DNA of 64,000 nt from Mobula hypostoma (Eukaryota). Below the pieces are notes generated by a model. It was given only the letters and a program-made list of their open reading frames with translations. It did not search any database and had not been told where the DNA came from. This document shows positions 60,307-64,000 of this stretch, one piece after another (within the stretch, counting starts at the first letter, position 1; every line of letters begins with the position of its first letter). The position numbers and the translations under genes were made by a program. Location of the stretch: positions 43,836,001 to 43,900,000 of the forward strand of contig NC_086108.1 in assembly GCF_963921235.1 (NCBI RefSeq). The letters run 5' to 3'.

Positions 60307-62392
60307 TCATTTAGGTGGGGAAAAAGGAGTGAATGAATGAACCAAAAAAAAATTGAGTAATATAAAATCCACACTATAATAAGTATTTCTTGAGATAGGT
60401 ATAGCTTCATCTATTTTTGCTTCCATTTAGCTTATCAACACTTTTAAAGCTAGCCAAACCTTATGGCTCTTCTGGAGGGGGTGAGGGCTCTCCTGGGAAA
60501 ACTCACAGTCTCTTCCTGATATTCTTCTCTCGCCCTCCTCCCGGCCCCTGCTTTCTCTGTTCTCTTACTATTTCCCAAGCAGATCGGGATAACTGCTCAG
60601 CCAGGCTTTCCCTCGGTTTGATCACGCTAACGGACAGCTCTCTGTTCTTCATGTCTGTAGTCACCTCTTCCACTGTCTGATACAGTTGCGTCCCATCTTC
60701 ATAAAACACTCGCAGGTTAGCAGGATACAGAGTTTGGAATCTAATCTTTCTTTGCTTTAATATTCGCTTTACTTCAGAGTATTCCTTACGTTTCTGCAGG
60801 ACTTCCAGGGGGTAATCTTGATCGAAATATATTAATTTCCTGTTCAAAAACACCCTCTTCTTTTCCCAGGACCTTCGTAGAATCTCCGCCTTGGTATAGT
60901 ATCGAAGGAATCTAATTACTATCGAGCGCAGCTTATCTCCTCTGTCTTCAGTTGGCCTCCATAGTCAAGGGGATCTCCAGCGCGTCCCACAGCAACTTTC
61001 CTACACACTCCATCACAGACAAACCCTCCACTCCCTTGGGAACATTGTATATCTTGATATTTTTCTGTCGCGACCTTCCCTCCTGGTCAAGCAGTTTACT
61101 TCCTTGTTGATTTAATATTTTCATCGTCTTACTTAGTATCCGTTCAACGTTTTGCACGCGATCTTCCACCTTCTCAATTCGTGTCTGCCACCACTTTTTT
61201 TTGATTGACATTGACGAGCTCTGACTTGATATCATTTAGTTACTGTTTTATACCTTTTTGCAATCCCCGTATCTCTTCCAGAATTTTTATCATATTTGCC
61301 GCTTCGCCTGAACGAGGCCCATCGTCAGCCTTGCTACCACGCGTTCGGGTAGGAGAGCCGTGCGTTGCCCCTCCCTCGTCCATAGGCTCTGCAGTGATTT
61401 TTTTTATCTCCATTCTTTTTCCCCATTCTTGACCCCCTTATCAATTCAGGTATTTTCGAAAGATCTTATACTTGATGAATTAACCGGTCAAAATATGCGT
61501 TTTTCCAGAGGAGCTATTGATTTAAGCTGCCATTCTAGATGATGACATCACCAGAAACCCTAGGAAGTTCATTTTGTCAAACAGATCGACTAGATATGCC
61601 ACAGCTCCATGTACAAGTTTAATCTTTCCCAAACTCTTGTTGAGTTTTCAAACTCTTGCAAAAATTCAACCACGGTGTCAAAAAGTTCAAAGGAACTTTT
61701 TAAGCAGCAGCCTTTTCAGAGTCAATGTATTTCAGTGTGAAGAAGCAAGCGTTCAAACTCTTCATTGTTATCTTGGCATAATTGGCTATTTAATGGATGA
61801 GCTCTAGTTTTGCTGATAGCAGATATTACAAGACTCATGTTTGAAAAAAGACACTGGCTAAGGTTTTTGGCTGCGAGATATTGATGATAATAGGTTGCAA
61901 ACAGACTTGGAATTTCTTTTTCCATAAATGCCCCTGAATCAGCAAGGCGACCTGTCATATACGGTGCTCCACCTGTTGCACAAGAAATCATGTTCCTAAT
62001 TGGAATACTTTTATCCTCAATATATATTTTGAACTCATTGTGGATTGATTCTCTGTTGATATTTGTTTTTAACTTTTTATAAACGAGAATCTCTTCATAA
62101 ACTTTTCCATTTTTGATAAATTGTACATATGCCATTAGCAATGCCTTGTTGTCTCGCACAGTTGACTCATCCAGTTGTATCCCAAATTCTGTTTTTTGTA
62201 GCTCTGTGCATAGTTGATGGTTTTACTCATTTCAGCAATACAATGAGCTACAGAGTTATTAGAGGAATTGATTTTAAAATATTAGTATCCATTTTGACAA
62301 CAGTGGTGAGTACTTTTGATACAGCAGGCATTATTAATCTTTCACCAATTGTATGAGATCTTCCACACTTTGCTATCATTTTGGAAATGTAA

Positions 62393-62965
62393 TAGTCATA
62401 GTCATACTTTATTAATCCCGGGGGAAATTGGCTCAACGGCTCCATAAATAATAAATAGCAATAGAACCATAAATAATTAAATAGTAGTATGTAAATTATG
62501 CCAATAAATTATGAAATAAGTCCAGGACCAGCCTATTGGCTCAGGCTGTTTGACCCTCCAAGGGAGGAGTTGTAAAGTTTGATGGCCGCAGGCAGGAATG
62601 ACTTCCTATGACGCTCAGTGCTGCATCTCGGTGGAATGAGTCTCTGGCTGAATGTACTCCTGTGCCCACCCAGTACATTATGTAGTGGATAGGAGACATT
62701 GACCAAGATTGTATGCAACTTAGACAGCATCCTCTTTTCAGACACCACCGTGAGAGAGTCCAGTTCCATCCCCACAACGTCACTGGCCTTACGAATGAGT
62801 TTGTTGATTCTGTTGGTGTCTGCCACCCTCAGCCTGCTGCCCCAGCACACAACAGCAAACATGATAGCACTGGCCACCACAGACTCGTAGAACATCCTCA
62901 GCATCGTCCGGCAGATGTTAAAGGACTCAGTCTCCTCAGGAAATAGAGACGGCTCTGACCCTTCT
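62393..62965 (-). mobile_element. Rex1-like LINE 3' fragment inserted in the hAT transposase
   Basis: Near-identical to 43062-43611 (SFNICRTMLRMFYESVVASAIMFAVVCWG...), with an (ACTATG)n tail. Confidence 0.92.
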
Positions 62966-64000
62966 TTGAAACCACTATCAAGGTTATTTTTGGCTTTCTT
63001 GGCAAATGACTTGAAATGTGCAATACTTTTCAAATGCTTCTTTCATTATCTGGAACTGAGTAATACCATAAGTAGCCTTTTCAGGGTGTCTTTTACAGAA
63101 GTGTTCCTGCAACCTTGATGGTTTCATGGCTTCATTAGTATTATAAATAAGATACATGGGGTGTCGCTGATCTGACAGGAACAGTATAAACCCATACATG
63201 AGGTATGTAACTTTGTACTGATGCACTTTCTGTAGTTTCTGTTTCTTAGCAGGATTAGAATTCAAGGCTTCACTGTCTTCAAACTCGCAGAGATTGCACC
63301 ATACGTATTTATCCATCAGTAGAAGGGGCTAAGATAAAATAAAAGATTAGCACAAGCTGGGAATGCCTATCAGATGCTGACAATGGTAGTGAGTTGACAC
63401 AGATGGAGCGATGGTAGCAGCCTCCAAAGGAATGGTGAGGCAAAGATGAAGACAATCACAACAGGGAAAATTACATTCACAAGAATTCTGTTTGGAATCT
63501 GAATGTTAGTCGGGATAGAGCTAGAGTTCGGCAAGCTACCTTTATACTATTCCGGTTAGCATGACTGACCAATCACATAACGTCTCATAATCCCCATAGA
63601 TGGTTCTTGACCGCACATATGAAGCCGAAGTCGCTTTGAGCACCTCAGGAGGAGTCCTTGGGGTCCGCAGGTTCACTAATTGCTTCTATTTCACCATTTG
63701 GTTCTGACCAGCACTGTATCGTTGCATGACTTGTTTTCTGTAGATCTGTAGGGAAAGTTAAGAGGATGTACTTGACTTACCAACCATTAAAATGCACGAA
63801 CATGTCCTTTGCCGCAAGTTGAAGGGAACTGTTGGGCACGCTAGATGCTCTTTTATGCATTCCCAATAATGTCTGTTTGGTTGGTAAGGTCAGATGAGAT
63901 TGCTGAGCTTCAGACGTGTTGTGACAACAAGTGCCCACTGCCTGTGGCTCTTCCTGTGTTCCAGTGCCTCATCCTTTTTCTTGGAATTGCCTACTCTACT

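Larger units (their letters stand above)
54692..61560 (-). mobile_element. Full-length decayed L1-clade LINE (ORF1 ~60480-61420, ORF2 ~55570-59298)
   Basis: 5' end GGGTTTCTGGTGATGTCATCATCTAGAATGGCAG. ORF1 RSRQKNIKIYNVP and IYFDQDYP..KRKEY..TLYPA.LRV. ORF2 YLQEAH, GGDLN, KSPGSD, FRPISILN and SVDAEKAFD. A-rich tail. TSD TAGAAAGTTC/TAGGAAGTTC (54682-54691, 61561-61570). Confidence 0.95.
53871..64000 (-). mobile_element. hAT (Buster/Charlie-type) transposon with decayed transposase, split by LINE insertions; far end not identified and possibly beyond the window
   Basis: TIR-like CAGTGTTTTGCAACCTT at 53871. Transposase pieces from ATG 63316: YLMYGF..NEAMKPSRLQEHF..RHP, KMIAKCGRSHTIGERLIMPA, CATGGAPYMTG, ERLLLHTE, DLFDKMNFLNMKLQG (across the L1), and LFIAFLSSYLVEREFSAV. 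Confidence 0.9.

Noticed and set aside
62533..63033. 166-aa ORF that looks like a transposase-RT fusion
   Set aside because: It is an accidental read-through across the junction of the Rex1-like insertion and the decayed hAT.
63781..63840. Possible upstream DPH5 exon next to a strong GTAAGT donor
   Set aside because: It does not encode the expected ...VAFLVVGDPFG, so that exon lies outside the window.

Overview
Vertebrate genomic DNA. The repeat families suggest a cartilaginous fish, probably a ray or skate; this is an inference. The only host gene is DPH5 (diphthine methyl ester synthase) on the minus strand. Two coding exons are present (52449-52557, 109 nt; 2104-2224, 121 nt), joined in frame across a ~50.2 kb intron. 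Much of the rest is transposable elements, often nested. Retroelements include CR1, Rex1/Babar, L1/Tx1, RTE, a HERO-type RLE non-LTR element, Neptune-type Penelope-like elements (PLEs), a deleted Gypsy element with PNMA-like gag and a tRNA-derived SINE. DNA elements include hAT, Tigger/pogo and Tc1 transposons and a precisely bounded Helitron. Highlights: (i) a non-circularly permuted hammerhead-ribozyme fold just past the HERO ORF; (ii) many minimal PLE hammerhead motifs, several in the DPH5 sense orientation; (iii) a size series of TSD-flanked fold-back PLE insertions, the largest ~55 nt from a DPH5 splice donor; (iv) the Helitron; (v) a four-level TE nest. No non-TE novel protein system is supportable from the sequence. 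Boundaries of old, decayed repeats are approximate.
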